The position numbers and the translations under genes were made by a program. Shown piece after piece: positions 63,599 to 64,000 of a stretch of DNA of 64,000 bases. Source of the stretch: Macrostomum hystrix (taxonomy: Eukaryota > Animalia > Platyhelminthes); NCBI GenBank assembly GCA_950097015.1, contig CATNEN010000034.1, positions 6,014,001-6,078,000 of the forward strand, given 5' to 3'. How positions within the stretch are numbered: position 1 is the stretch's first letter; each line of letters opens with the position of its first letter. The notes below the pieces were generated by a model. It was given only the letters and a program-made list of their open reading frames with translations, ran no database searches and was not told the origin of the DNA.

Positions 63599-64000
63599 GG
63601 TTCAACAATGTTACAATGTTTCTGATTCATGTTGACTGTTGAGGTATTTAATTGTGCTTTGTGACTGTCTACACTGTACTTCCCAACACTGTACTTGCCA
63701 ATGCACATTACGTTCTTGCATTAGTCATATTTTAGCCCCATGTTCACCATGCGGCTGTCCCCACAACCCTATTTTGCTCACCCTCTGCCATCTTGCATAT
63801 AATAAAATTCTTGTATATTGATATCAATGCTATAATAAATCGTATTTCAGCAGCCAACTAGCACACTTAAGGCCCATTCATACAGTCATCAAGTGAGGCC
63901 AAATTTTGTGTGATCACACAATTTGCACTAATTTTTCATCCCTTTGAACAAGCTTTTACCCTACTTGCACACTCTAAATGACGTGTCAGTTTCAGATACA

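Overview
Eukaryotic (metazoan) genomic DNA with GC-rich exons in an AT-rich background. Roughly 40% of the window is about 22 separate minisatellite/microsatellite arrays, mostly with 16-30 bp units. The style (GC-rich exons, poly-Q/A/G tracts, array-filled introns) resembles a Macrostomum-like free-living flatworm, but that is inference only. Genes: the last two exons of a high-affinity choline transporter (SLC5A7, +); a single-exon secreted protein with a degenerate VWA domain (+); a single-exon rhodopsin-class neuropeptide receptor (+); a two-exon PTB/PID-domain protein with a 35-CAG tract (+); a complete 10-exon Son of Sevenless gene (-, 1517 aa by my splice reconstruction) with a divergent catalytic hairpin; and a PHD-FLYWCH-MULE transposase broken by one nonsense codon (-). 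Mobile DNA: two tRNA-derived SINE families (one CORE-like), nested TIR elements, an intronic foldback and Helitron-like termini. There is no CRISPR array, rRNA or true tRNA. Most long ORFs in the supplied track are artefacts of tandem repeats or are antisense shadows of exons. All homology calls come from my recognition of motifs; no searches were run.
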